From: Batkoa obscura
Taxonomy: Eukaryota
Assembly: GCA_030770535.1 (NCBI GenBank)
Contig: JASVEC010000003.1
Span: 1,116,001-1,180,000 of the forward strand
Length of the DNA: 64,000 nucleotides
Reading direction: 5' to 3'
The position numbers and the translations under genes are program-made. Below the pieces are notes generated by a model. It saw only the letters and a list, made by a program, of their open reading frames with translations. It was not told the DNA's origin and ran no database searches. Position 1 is the stretch's first letter; each line of letters starts with the position of its first letter. Below are positions 51,757-64,000 of this stretch, one piece after another.

Positions 51757-54566
51757 TCAAATTTCTAGTTCATCAGGATTTTCAGCTTCAGCTTTCCTTT
51801 TTTCACCAGTGTTTTCTTCATCATTAAAATAAGGAACTAGTGACTCTTTACTTTTAACAAACCCAGGTAAAGGCTCAGAGCCTCCTTCGTTATCACGGGA
51901 AGAGATTAATTGAGCAGATAAATGATTAACCTATAAAAATTTATCAGAATATAAAAACTTATCTTAAATATTAAAATTACTTCTGTATTATATTGAGCTT
52001 GAACGCTACGTTTGATACGTAACATGTCTTTAAAAGTATCTTCATTTCCATGTTGAACTTCAAAATCATGCCAAATTTGCCAAAAGTTTTGTGTAATCTA
52101 GAAAAAATCAATTTCAGTCTTATACTTTATAAAAAAATTACTCTAGGATCACAAAATTGAGAGGCATAAGCATAGATCTTACGAGCACGATCAATTTCCC
52201 CTAATTTACGTTCTAATGCGGCATATTCAATACACATATCCTTTGCTTTAGCATCTGGTAAAACATTAACTGCTTGATCGTAAATCTCACGTGCTGAAGT
52301 AATTCCAAATGCTTGAGTAGCTTTAGCAATGTAGTATTGGAAAATCTAAATGAAATAAACATATGCACAAAATAAACTAAAAATAAAAATACCTCATATT
52401 TATCTTTGTTCTCCACCGCTATTGTAGCTCGAGAATAAATTTTAAGTGCATGCTTAGCTAACCCATAATCTTCTTCAAATTTCCCATACAATAAATAAAT
52501 TGGTTTAGCGTATTTAGCTGGACAATGCTCGATAGCTTGCTCAAATAGATCTCTTGTTCTTTCGATCTTTTTCCCACCCTATATTAAAGGTTAGTAAATA
52601 GAAACGACTATAAGTAAAAAACTTTACATATCTCTTGATAAATTTTGTCAAATAAATATTCCAAATCTCAAAAGCAATGGGATAGTTAAATAGTTCCAAG
52701 CCACGTTCATATACCTAATGATATAAGTTTAAATTACTCTAATATCGTTAATTATTACCTTAAAAGAATCTTCGAAGTATTCCAACTCTTCCAGGTAATT
52801 AGCATAGTTTACAATAGTTTGAGGGTTAGCGATTTTAAGATCAAGAATTTGATCGTAAACTTCTCGAGTGGCTTCTGGGGTACCTGCACTTTCTTGTAAA
52901 TCAACATAGAAAGACCAAAGTTTCAAAGACTTGAATAAACGATCTTGTACTGATAAACTTTCATCATGGAAATTAATACTTTTATATTTCATAGGTGGCT
53001 TAGTGGCTCTAGATAATACTTCAATAGCTTTATCAAAATTACTACAAAACAGTTAATTTGAGATTATTACAATAAAATCTTATTTACTCTTGTCTTATTT
53101 CCATTTCAGCATACTCCTGCCATAAGTTGGCTAATTCTGAAACCAATTTATATGGAACTTTAACCGCTTTATCATAAATTTTTCTAGCGGTATCCAAATC
53201 GTCATTGTCCTCATAAAATTTAGCAAATAATTTCCATAACTCTGGAAGCATTTCTGGGGTTGCTTTTTTAGGGTTGATTGTTTTTACTGCTTCATTGAAA
53301 GTCTCAACTACCTTTACTTTAGAATCTCTGAAAAGGTCAATTCTTTTTATCCATTCTTCTACATTATGTGGATTTTGGCGAAGTAAAACATCATTAAGTA
53401 AAAGCGGTCTTCGATTAATTAGATGTTCAAGGCGCATAATTCCTAAATCAAGTTCTACTTCGGACTCGTCTCCTTCCTCGCTCATGGATCTTAAAACAGA
53501 TTCTTCAAACTCAGTATAGGCATCAAATATTTGAGCAAAATCTCTTAATGTTTTTACACTACTTATCCCTTCTTCAAAGTTCTCTCTTGCTTTATCAAAC
53601 TTTCCTAATAAGATCCAATATTTGGCTAATAAACACCATAGTTTTCCTACTTGATCTGTGAATCGGATAATTCCTGATCTAAGTATCGCTTCTACATCTA
53701 AGCGTTTGATGCTTTGAGGTTTAGAGCAAATCAAATCACTCAATTCAACCCATAACTGATAAGGTGTTTTTCCACGAGAAGAAGGAAGATCCAAATCAAT
53801 CATCCTTGAAAGTTGATATGCTGCTTCATCAATATTGTCTTGTTCGAGCAATAAATCAATATAATCTTCTATCATTTCAACCTCCAACTATAAAATTGTA
53901 AATGAATTCATAAGTTGCTTATTTAAACTTACTCTAATATATCTTTTGAAAACCCTTAATGCGGTTTCTCCCCCAATTTTTTTTGCAAACTTAAGATAAA
54001 AGGGCCAAATTCTTGAGTGTTGAGTCACCGGTAATGCTCTTAACGCTCTGTCAAAAGTACGACGTGCTTTTGTAATGTCTCCTTGAATCATAAGAAAGAT
54101 AGCGTAATCTGTCCAAATTCTTGGCATCTAATATTAAACTTAGTCCCCTTTCTTTTTTATGATTAAATGAAATTACTTTGTTTAAAAGGAATAAACTTCT
54201 TTCATAGCAATGGTTCATTTTTTTATACTCTTCACTGTCTTTAATGGGATGAAATTTTTCTCTAATATAATATTTTCTAGTGTCTAAGTAACGTTTCCAT
54301 ATTTTATAACTTTTAGGGAGCTCCTTTAATGCTCTCTCAAAGATGATAAAAAGTGGCTTTGGATGATATCCTGCTTTGCTGTCATTGATCTTTTCCTCTT
54401 TAAAATCTATATATCTTAACCACACTTTTACGGAGTATGGATTTCTTACCACTTCTTCTTCATATGGTACGTCATCATCTTCCTGGTTTGTGTTAGATTA
54501 TATCATATTAGTTAATTTTTAATTTACTATGTAAGCTGCTAAACTTTGCTCAACTGCGTTCACCAT
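51757..54566 (-). CDS. SYF1: pre-mRNA splicing factor Syf1/XAB2 (HAT repeats), multi-exon
   Basis: [85 protein letters not shown]. Confidence 0.96.
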
Positions 54567-55460
54567 TATTTTCTAAAAGAATTAAAGAGCTTGATTCTAT
54601 TTTTAAGAAAAAGTTAATTTGATTGGAAAATCATAAAATCTATGTAACAAAAAATTAGTCTCAATCAGAATTAAAATTCGTGTAAAATGTAGTCAATATT
54701 TTAATTCTTTTCAAAAAGTATTTTTTGATCACTTTGGAGTATTTTTAAACATCTCAAGCTTATTTCAAGAGAAATATTTGAACAAATTGAAAAAAATAAT
54801 TAAATAATCAATCAAAACAAAAGTAAACAGGTTATAAAAATTTGTGACAAATCATTAAACTTTTTACCATAATTATTTTAATTTCTCTTAACCTTTTAAA
54901 ATATGTACCATTCAATTCAAAAAGAATCATAAATACTGTTTCAACCACAACAAGCCTCTTTAAGCTATTAATCAAGTTTATCATTTAAGTTAAACATACT
55001 TATCAATAAAATAGCTACTATTGTGCAAAAGTTTACCCTCAGAGTTAAACGTTAGCATCAATTATGATAAAAATAGCAGCTTATTCAACTTATTCAAATT
55101 AAGTAACAATACCATCAAGCTCTATAACAATATATAGCAATGTTTAAAACTGAGTAGGTTTAAAAAATATTTTAAAAAAGACTGCAGACGTTTCTTGGTC
55201 TTAGCTGGTGCTGTGCATTATAAATTTTATTTTATATAATAATCAAATAAAACATGTATTGACTTTGTCCATCGCTATATTCAATTAATTTATTTATTTG
55301 TATAATTGTATATTTTGGATAATAGATAATATTTTTGGAAAGCTATTATAATATTTTATTTAAAAAACGTAATTGATTACTAATAAAACAAAATTAAAAC
55401 TAATTAATATAGTAAAATTCGGACTATAAAATATTTAGTTACTGAATTTGTTTATTCATA

Positions 55461-55563
55461 ATATCTGGGTGTTTTTTTGGCTTCATCACTTTTTTATTTT
55501 TAAGCACTATTTGAGTGAAAAATTGTTAGTAAAATTCTTAAACAAAAAAATACATCCTCATAT
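55461..55563 (-). mobile_element. ~105-bp MITE family 1 copy
   Basis: ATATCTGGGTGTTTTTTTGGCTTCATCAC...AAAATACATCCTCATAT. Confidence 0.8.
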
Positions 55564-56655
55564 CTTGATTTGCAAATCAACTGTTATTGTTTAAAAAACT
55601 GTGATTATCATAAGAGAAAAAGAATTATATAAGACGGGTTATAAATACGTTTTAGTGCTAAATGGGTAGATTCTAGATGCTGTATGATAAAGTACAAAGG
55701 GTTTCATAAAATCACGTTTTACTGTAAGGTTTTTATGTCATGTTTAAATAGTTTCTATAAAATGAAGGTTTATAACATTTATAAATTGTAAATAATTGAT
55801 CTGTTCAACTGAGTTTTCTTTTGAAAAGCACAATTTATATACCCAAAAGTGTTAATAATACACAAATAAAAAATAGACATAAATAGAGGAATAAAATTTA
55901 ATTTAATAATGTGCGCTTCCATGTGATAGCTTTAAAGAGCCATATTTTAAAACTATTGAATTACACCATTTATAAATTTGAAAGATTAAAGAGAGATAAT
56001 CATCTGTTTTTTTATAACAAGATGGGGTTCATTAAGTAGCATATCTCCTGTTTAGGAAAGGCAATGTCTATTTCGATACTTTGCGACTATAATTTACTAA
56101 TGTTATCCATTGTGGGGCTACTTAAGCTCAATAATAAGAATAAGGAATAGCCTGTTATAAATTTTATTAAAGGTTTGTTAAAAGTTAATTGAATTATAAT
56201 TTTTTTAAATACTTTTTTATACATAAAAAGATACAACTGATATATAGAAAAAACTATATTAATCTCCCCTATTATTTAACAATATAAGATTTAAGACTAT
56301 TTAATGTTTATTGTAATTTATTTCCTATAAACAATTTAAATCATAAAGTCATGCACAGTCCTATCATGAATATTAGGCCTTTTAATATCCTTATGGTTTA
56401 CTTATTTGGTTATTCTTGATGTAGTGTTTATTCACGATATGAGCTTTATAAAATAAAATAACTTTACACTATTATACCATAATCCTTAATTATAGTAAAG
56501 GTACTATTTATAAACAGAACATTTACTTTATGCCTATACAAGCTTTTATGATCATGTAGTATTTTGAATTTCTAAAATAACAATAGTCTGATTGTATAAA
56601 TAGTGTGAAAAAGAAGTATAAATAGATGAAGCAGCCTTTGTATCAATAATCAAAA

Positions 56656-57678
56656 ATGATTTCCAACCTAATTATATTTTTACTTTCTATATTACAAATA
56701 GCTTCTCTTACTTGTCCTTCTCAAGCGCCTTTTTGCTTTGATATAACGGAGGAGAAAGGAGCGGCAAAGTTTATCGTTGAAGGCCCAAAGAATGCAGGAT
56801 ATATGGCATTAGGACTTGGAATTGATATGTTTAAATGTGAGATGTTTGTAGTCTATTTCGATGCCAAAAATGCCCCACAACTCATACATGCAAAATGTGC
56901 TGGTTACTCGCAACCACAAGGGGTTGAAAAAAGTTCATTGGTTATCTTAAACGATGAGTCTTATCTTGAAGGTGATACTCAAAGGATTGTTTTCTCCAGG
57001 AATTTCACAACTAGCGACGATGGTTCACTTAAAATTAATAACATTGGTTACAACGAAATGGTCTGGGCTTACAGCAATAAAAAACCTACCGTAGAAAAAA
57101 AAATCTCAAAGCATCAGTTAAGAGGCTCCATATTATATGATATGAAATCAGGGAGCTCTAAAACTGCACAACCTCCTCCACAATTAAGTGTTTTAATTCA
57201 TGGTGTCCTAATGATGGTCGCATGGTTAATACTACCTTATTTGGCCATTTTTATAGCAAGATTTTTGAAAGATAAGCTTGGTGTATGGTGGTTTAAACTT
57301 CATATCTCCGCTTTCGTTGGAGTTGGAGTACTATCAGCAATTTCAATAGTTATAGTTGCAGCTAAAATCGGGAATAGATTTAAAACTAATCACTCAATAA
57401 TAGGACTTGTGGTTTGCGGCCTGTTTGTTATACAATGCTCACTAGGTGTTATAATAGATAAGCTATGGTCCAGTGATCGTAAGTATGTACCAATTCAAGA
57501 TAAGATACACTGGTGGTTAGGTAGACTTACTTGTGGTTTGTCTATTGCAAACATCATATATGGTATTATCTTGGCACAATCTTTAGCTGAGTTTTGGGTC
57601 GCTTTTAGTTCAATTTCTATTATCATTATATTTGGCTTTATGTCTGGGCATTTTTTAATCGGAAAAATTAATCATTAA
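56656..57678 (+). CDS. DOMON + cytochrome b561 transmembrane redox protein (CYBDOM-like), intronless
   Basis: Signal peptide; DOMON (GYMALGLG.DM, MVWAYS, KH); b561 heme histidines in HGVLM..AW, WFKLH, HSIIG and IHWWLGR. Confidence 0.88.
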   Translation: MISNLIIFLLSILQIASLTCPSQAPFCFDITEEKGAAKFIVEGPKNAGYMALGLGIDMFKCEMFVVYFDAKNAPQLIHAKCAGYSQPQGVEKSSLVILNDESYLEGDTQRIVFSRNFTTSDDGSLKINNIGYNEMVWAYSNKKPTVEKKISKHQLRGSILYDMKSGSSKTAQPPPQLSVLIHGVLMMVAWLILPYLAIFIARFLKDKLGVWWFKLHISAFVGVGVLSAISIVIVAAKIGNRFKTNHSIIGLVVCGLFVIQCSLGVIIDKLWSSDRKYVPIQDKIHWWLGRLTCGLSIANIIYGIILAQSLAEFWVAFSSISIIIIFGFMSGHFLIGKINH

Positions 57679-58091
57679 TATATATTATTTATCTAAAAAT
57701 AAATAGCTTATTTATTTATTAATACAACTTATATTAGAATTAAATTATTTCAATAAAATGATTATTCTTAGTTGGTATTATCAAGATAGTACTTGAAAAA
57801 TCAATTTATTATGTAAGCTTAATGAATACTTAATAATTAATTATTCTTTTATGGCCGTTGTAGCTCTATTACGGTCTAATCAACTGCTCATCTTAAAAAA
57901 ATACATGCCAAAATTTGGCTGAAATATAAAGATTAGGCTTTAAAAAAATTGGCCATATAAATAATTTAATTATAAAAATTGTCACTAAAAAAAATTGCAA
58001 GAGCTGCAATATAATTAGCAAATGGGGATGTTCGAATTGGTTTCAAAGTTACTTACAAATTTAAAGAATTAACCTAAATTTTGAGTCCTTA

Positions 58092-58198
58092 ACATGTGGA
58101 AATATATTTTTTTGCTTAACAATTTTACCAACAGTTTTTCCACTCAAATAGCACTTAAAAAGTGGAGAAAAGTGATGAGCCCAAAAAAAACCCTTATG
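58092..58198 (+). mobile_element. ~105-bp MITE family 1 copy
   Basis: ACATGTGGAAATATATTTTTTTGCTTAAC...CTCAAATAGCACTTAAAAAGTGG...CCCAAAAAAAACCCTTATG. Confidence 0.75.
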
Positions 58199-58474
58199 TG
58201 ATTGGCTAAATTTAAAAAGCTTAAAATTAAAAAAAATTTAACTTAAGACTTATTTTAATTGTATATTTTATATTATTTTTACTTTATAATAAATTAAATT
58301 AAAAAATAATTAAAGTTTATTAGCAATAATAATAAACTTAATCAAGCAATATATAAAATTAATGCTTTAAAAAAAATAAAAAACAAAAACTAAAAAGTAT
58401 TATTATTATTAACTATAGCTTCAATATATTTTTTTGATAAATGTAAGTTTTAAATTTAATATAAGTACAAATTA

Positions 58475-58578
58475 ATATGGGGATATTTTTTTTGGTTGCA
58501 TCATTTTTTCTATTTTTAAGCGCTATTTGAGCGGAGAAATTGTTAGTAAAATTCTTAAACAAAAAAACACATCTTCAG
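58475..58578 (-). mobile_element. ~105-bp MITE family 1 copy
   Basis: ATATGGGGATATTTTTTTTGG...AAAAACACATCTTCA; inverted relative to 58092. Confidence 0.78.
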
Positions 58579-60608
58579 GTATTAATCAATTAATTTCAAA
58601 ATTTGAGATTTTTATTTGTGAACATAAATTAATAACTCAATTGTCAATAATGGGAAAGTAAACATAATTTTTAAAAAATATGAAAGAAATAAAGATATAA
58701 AAAAAACAATAGAAATACAAGATATCAGAAAGTATTTACGTTTTATTAAACGCAATAATAAACTACATTGTTATCCAGTATCTGATAGATCAAAAAAAAG
58801 TGATATAATTCCAATTGAAGTTATAAAGTCTATAGAAAATACAAAAATTAAAAGATTAACTCCAGCTTATCTTATAAAAATGACTGAAAATTCAAAAGCT
58901 TTAATATTTATTAAGCAATTAAATAGTTTATTATTGAATGATAGAAATCAACTATTAAAGATTGATATCATTTAAACTATTAATAACTGAGTTAATAAAT
59001 AGTCAAAAAGCAAGTAATTATAACAATAAGTAAAAACTATTATTATATTGCTTGTATTATATAAAGATAGTCAATTATAGTTTTAAGGCTAACCACTCCC
59101 TCCCATACAGCTATTTGCTAAATTAGTGATATATTGATAATGTGATTATAACATTAAAATAGTTTACTTATTTGATAGCAAATCTACAATGTTGGCTATA
59201 AAGCAGTCAATAATAAATATTTCTCAATGAAGTTTTACAGGAGTATGTATTTATTTACATACTACAACTTTGATTAATATTAATATATAAGTTATATTGG
59301 TAAAAGCCTTGCTAATATGGGAACTTATATCAAATTTAGTAGAAATTTTACCAACTTATAACATGTATTATAATAAAATAATTTAAAACTGTGTCGGGTA
59401 CTTTTGGTTTTTAATAAAAAATTTATATAGAATTTTAGGCAGTTTTTAAAATATAAAATATTTAAAAATTGGACAAAAAAATGAAATTAATTTGGACATC
59501 CCCAAATGGTGATTTTAAACCATCCAAAAATAAGAAATAAATAGATTTATGAAAGTTCGAATAGTAGATAGAAAGATACTTTGATAGAATACAAAGATAT
59601 TAAGACGGGTCAAAGTAAAATGCTGAGTTGTAAGTACTATTTTTACACTTGTTTTTAATTCTTTAGATTTAGGATATGTTTAATATATTAATAAATGCTA
59701 AACATTGCGGTTAAAAGATAAAAGGTAATACATTCGTATTTTTTGAATATTTGAGATTCAATTTTATCTACATTGATTTTAGATTATAAAGCTTAGTAAA
59801 TATTTGTATGATGAAAAATGATAGCTCATTGTTAAAGTAAATAAATGGAAATTTTCATATACTAAAGTCAAATTGATTTAATAGTATATACTATCAGAAA
59901 ATTAATTTTAAAAGTATTTCCTATTTGATTTTTTGTTAAATGTATAAAATTTAGATTTAAATAGACCCTAAAATAATCAGTAATTTAAAACTTATACTAT
60001 GATTGATGCATTACACTTTTATGATTGAAATCAAACCATATTTAGCATTATAGCAATCTTATACTTGCACCAGAATTTTATAATTATAAGTGCCGCTATA
60101 TAGTACAATAAAGTTAATAAAATTATGCATAAAACATCCTAAAAAATATAGACAACAAAATGTTATCATATATATTATAGTATATATTATTGTTTTAGCT
60201 TTTTATATCATATATAGCTTAAACTGTAACATAAATTAATCTTATCTTAAAGTCAAAAAGATTGCTAAACTAAGCATCTACCAAGCATCATAGATTTTAC
60301 TTCAAAACTGTTATCACCTAATTCAATAAGCTTTACTATAAGCTATAGCCATATAAATAAGACATATTTATGAGAGCGATTCAGATATGACTCATTTTTT
60401 TATCATTTGTTATATTAAAGTTTTACACACGTGGTAACTTCATCTTTTATCCAGTTTTATAGCAGATTCTATAATAATATAAATTGAGGTAAGTAAATCA
60501 CTTCAACATATATAAAGCGCTTTTAAAAAATACTTTGATCTATTTTAAAAGTTGTTTCTTGAGCACTAGCATTAGTCCGCATTTATATTGAAATTGATAC
60601 TAACATTA

Positions 60609-62014
60609 ATGTCTAAATCAGATTCTGATCAGCACTCTAGTAACCTACAAAGATTTTATAAAAGAAACAGTATGCAAAACGATAGCGATAAATTAGGAAA
60701 GGTGAATAAACTATTTGCAAATCTTTCCCTTGATGATTATGATGACGACAATAGTACGAGTAGTTCTTCGGAAGATATTGATATTGAAACAATGAGCAGT
60801 GGCTTAAATAGTGATTCTAATCGAAAACTCGATCCTGAAGCCTGCCTTTTCGTTGCCAGTTTAGTATCCTCAAAAACCGAAAATGAACTTCATAAAAGTG
60901 TTACCGCCCATTTTAGTCATTGGGGTGAACTTTTAAATGTTAAGGTTCTTAAAGATAATATGAATCGCCCATACAGTTTTGTTCAATTTAAAGATTTGGA
61001 TGCATCTAAAAGGGCATTGAAGGAGTCCCCTAATACCATCATTGATGGCCGCCAAATTCGAGTTGAAAAGGCCAGGGTAAATAGAACCTTATTTATTAGT
61101 AATATTGGTAGTATAAAAGAAAAGTTTCTCAAGGAAGGGCTTTCATCCCATGGTCCTATAGAGTCCTTGAAGATGATTCGAAGTAAAACTATAGATGCTT
61201 ATAACGGCTCTTGCTTTGTCAAATATCGTTTCCGTGAAGATGCTATTGCTGCTTACACAAATATCAAGAACGATGGCGATTGGGCAGTTGAATGGGCTTC
61301 CTCTCCAGACAAAGCTCCACGTAATCTTGATTTCAATAGCATTTTTGTTGGGCAAATAGACAAAAACTTCACTCACCTAGAAGTAGAGGATAAGTTTATC
61401 CAGTATGGAGAGATTGAATCGCTTAACTATATTAATCGTCCGAAGTATGACTATGCATTCGCTTTTATTAGATATGTCGATCGTGAGTCTTGTGTTAATG
61501 CTATCAATATATGTGATGGAGAAAAATGGAATGGAAATACCTTAAAAGTACAGTTTAAAGTTAATACGAACCTTTATGATAATTATAATATTCCAAAGCA
61601 TAAGTTCTTTGGAAAGAAGCTTGCCTATTCAGAAATGACTGATGTTCCCTACGTTTATCCACAATATTACAATCCAGTCCCTATTTTCACTCCTGAAGCT
61701 GATGCAAAAGAATCTAAGAAGAATGGCGTTTCTAACTCCAAGGATCAGAAGTCGAAAATACATACCAACGGATTTTGGGTACCATACACAGTCCTTACTC
61801 GAGATTCAGATGGGAAAATTAGGTCAGCTTTTTATAACTCTAAATTTTATTTTTTTAATTCGATTTTACTTTATTTAGACAAAACCGAAATTATTACTTT
61901 AGCTACGGAGGCCAGCCACCAAACAATATCCCAAGCTCTACCTCTGTCTACTTCCCCCCTCCTAATTTACCAACTCGTCCTCTTAAAGGGGATTTCAAGA
62001 AAAAGGGGGAATAA
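60609..62014 (+). CDS. RIM4: Rim4-like meiotic RNA-binding protein with three RRMs, probably 2 exons
   Basis: PEACLFVASL...EL..SVT.HF..WG.L..VKVLKD..NRPYSFVQF and IDGRQIRVEKARVNRTLFI resemble yeast Rim4 RRM1; two more RRMs follow. A probable intron at 61823-61878 gives an N/Y/P-rich tail ending at 62014. Confidence 0.75.
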
Positions 62015-62590
62015 TGAACTGGTATTATTTAATACCTATAGTGCCTTTAAAACTATTTTTTATCGACTTGTAAATTTATTAAAGTTGCTTATGCTATAAA
62101 TTTGAATTTTTTTATTTAGATTGTTTTCAATTTCAAATGATGGTAAATTTTGTTGTCTTTATATTTTATGGAGATAATTTAGAATATGATTGCTGTTTAT
62201 TTTATTATGGTTATAGTTTCTTTGCAAACATTGTCTAGTAAAATAGATAATTCTTAGATAAAGGTTGTCAAAGATAGCTAGCTAATTTTAGAATAATCTA
62301 ACTTTTATTTAATCTTTGTAAGTTTAAATTTAACATTATCAAATGTTATAAACATTTAATGTATATTTATAACGTATTATTAATAAGTAAGCATACAGTC
62401 AAAGTTGTTCTTTATAATAAAATAATATGTATTAGTTAATTTCATAATATTTAAGAGGTGCTAAACAGGCATAAAAAAGGGATCAATTAATCAATTGATT
62501 TATGTAATTGACATAAATTAAAAATAAATAAGTAAAAAACAAATTTCTTTAATATTATACTTTATTTATATTTATTAGGGAGTTGTTGTA

Positions 62591-63400
62591 TTAAAATAAA
62601 TTTAAAGCTGTAAAATAAGCTATGAAGAAGAGTTGGGAAGATAATGTAAAGTCTACAATAGAATGACTTGAAGGCTCATCTTTTTTACCAGTAGACTCAG
62701 AACTGGAACTGCTTTTACTTTTAGAATCAGAAGGGGCACTAGATTTATCATTACCAGAGGAGGTGCTAGCTTTAATATTATCGGAACTAGAGCTTTTTGA
62801 AGCTAAATCTAATTCAAAAGTACCTTTCTTTAAATGACGGGTAATTTCGCCTTTAGAATTTGGTTTATTTTTGTGATAAGCCCAAATAAAATCATTGCTT
62901 CCTTTACTATTGATATCCAAGCCTTCACTGAAACTCTTCTTTAACTTTCTAGTAAATGAAATTATCCTCTTATTGCCTGCTATTTTACTGCCTTTATCAT
63001 CAATTTTAATATCTTTAGAATCAACTTGCTTTGGAGGTTCATGGCCCGTACCTTTAGCATGCGTTACTTTAGGCTTATTCTTGTCGTCAAAATATGTAAT
63101 CTATTGAACAAAGAATTAGTATCAAATTAAAATAATCCCACTAAGCACTTACGAAAATCTCAGAGCCTTCCATACCGGTTCCAAGGCCAACTGCTATCCA
63201 TCCAAGTTCCTTTGGCCCCTCTACTGTAAACTTAGCTTCGTCACCGCTTGTTTGTACATCAAAACATAAATTTTCTTCTGGGCAGTCTAAAGCAAAGATG
63301 ATTAATACTGAATAAAAAATGTTGTTAATCACTTACTATTGGCACCAAATACATTTGTAATACAGAATGAAATAAATAAAAAAGATTCTATGAATTTCAT
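62591..63400 (-). CDS. secreted, probably GPI-anchored single-DOMON protein, 3 exons
   Basis: Signal peptide exon from ATG 63400, CPEENLCFDV, GWIAVGLGTGM, FIWAY, TRH, a Ser-rich stalk and a hydrophobic C-terminus. Confidence 0.85.
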
Positions 63401-64000
63401 GTTTGATCTTAAAAGATAAGATAATCTTTTTCTTCTGATTTTATACTTTTAAATTTAGTCATCTGGTTTATTTTTATGGTTGCTTAATAAATTAATAAAT
63501 TTAAGATTTCACTAGCAAATAAGAATGAACCAAGAATTCTATTTTTTTAAAAAGTGATAATTTTATTTGAACTAAATAACATTTATAGTTATACATGTTT
63601 TTATAAACTAATTAAAAGATTAACTCTTATCATAGTTTTACTAAGATAATTGTTGTTTGCTTTTGTTTTACTTCAAAATAAAACAGCGATTAATTTAAAC
63701 TAGCAATAGCCTTTAAAATTGTTGAGCAAGCCTTATTTTTCACATAATGCTGAAAATAGAATATTAAAGTTATAGAGGAGTATAAAACTAACTTTTAATA
63801 TCCTAGTACAATAAAATGGTATAAACATTACACCAGGTTTTGAATATATAGTATAAAAATATAGTCATTTGTGATGAATTACTACTTTATTTTATAAATA
63901 GCTTATTGATGTAGACTTAGAAGCGGGATAGTAAGCAAAAATAATAGTGTATCATTAAGGAACAGATATGTTAATAAATGTACATTTGGATTTTATTCTT

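Overview
Very AT-rich eukaryotic DNA with short (about 40-100 nt) spliceosomal introns. The gene set is fungal, and by inference from intron size, composition, an animal-type CHD7/8 remodeller and a rhodopsin-like GPCR it comes from an early-diverging fungus, possibly Conidiobolus/Entomophthoromycotina-like. About 20 protein genes were assembled by hand from exons: MYG1, class 2 DHODH, VPS11, SEC21, a small secreted protein, TMEM42-like, a CxxC redoxin-F-box fusion, ABP1, a DUF4870-like membrane protein, IDI1, CHD7/8-like, SIP5-like, an unknown protein, a serine racemase-family enzyme, a GPCR, SPO11, SYF1, DOMON-cytochrome b561, RIM4-like and a GPI-DOMON protein. The window also holds tRNA-Thr(TGT), four pseudogenes, two inverted solo LTRs, 14 copies of a ~105-bp MITE and a second Tc1-like MITE. 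Best leads are the AhpC/TSA-like (CAVC) domain fused to a C-terminal F-box, a secreted 108-aa protein and an intact intron-rich SPO11 (both missed by the ORF track), RIM4 near SPO11, an AIR12-like/CYBDOM-like DOMON pair, and the MITE family. All family calls come from remembered motifs, not database searches, and exon coordinates were read manually.
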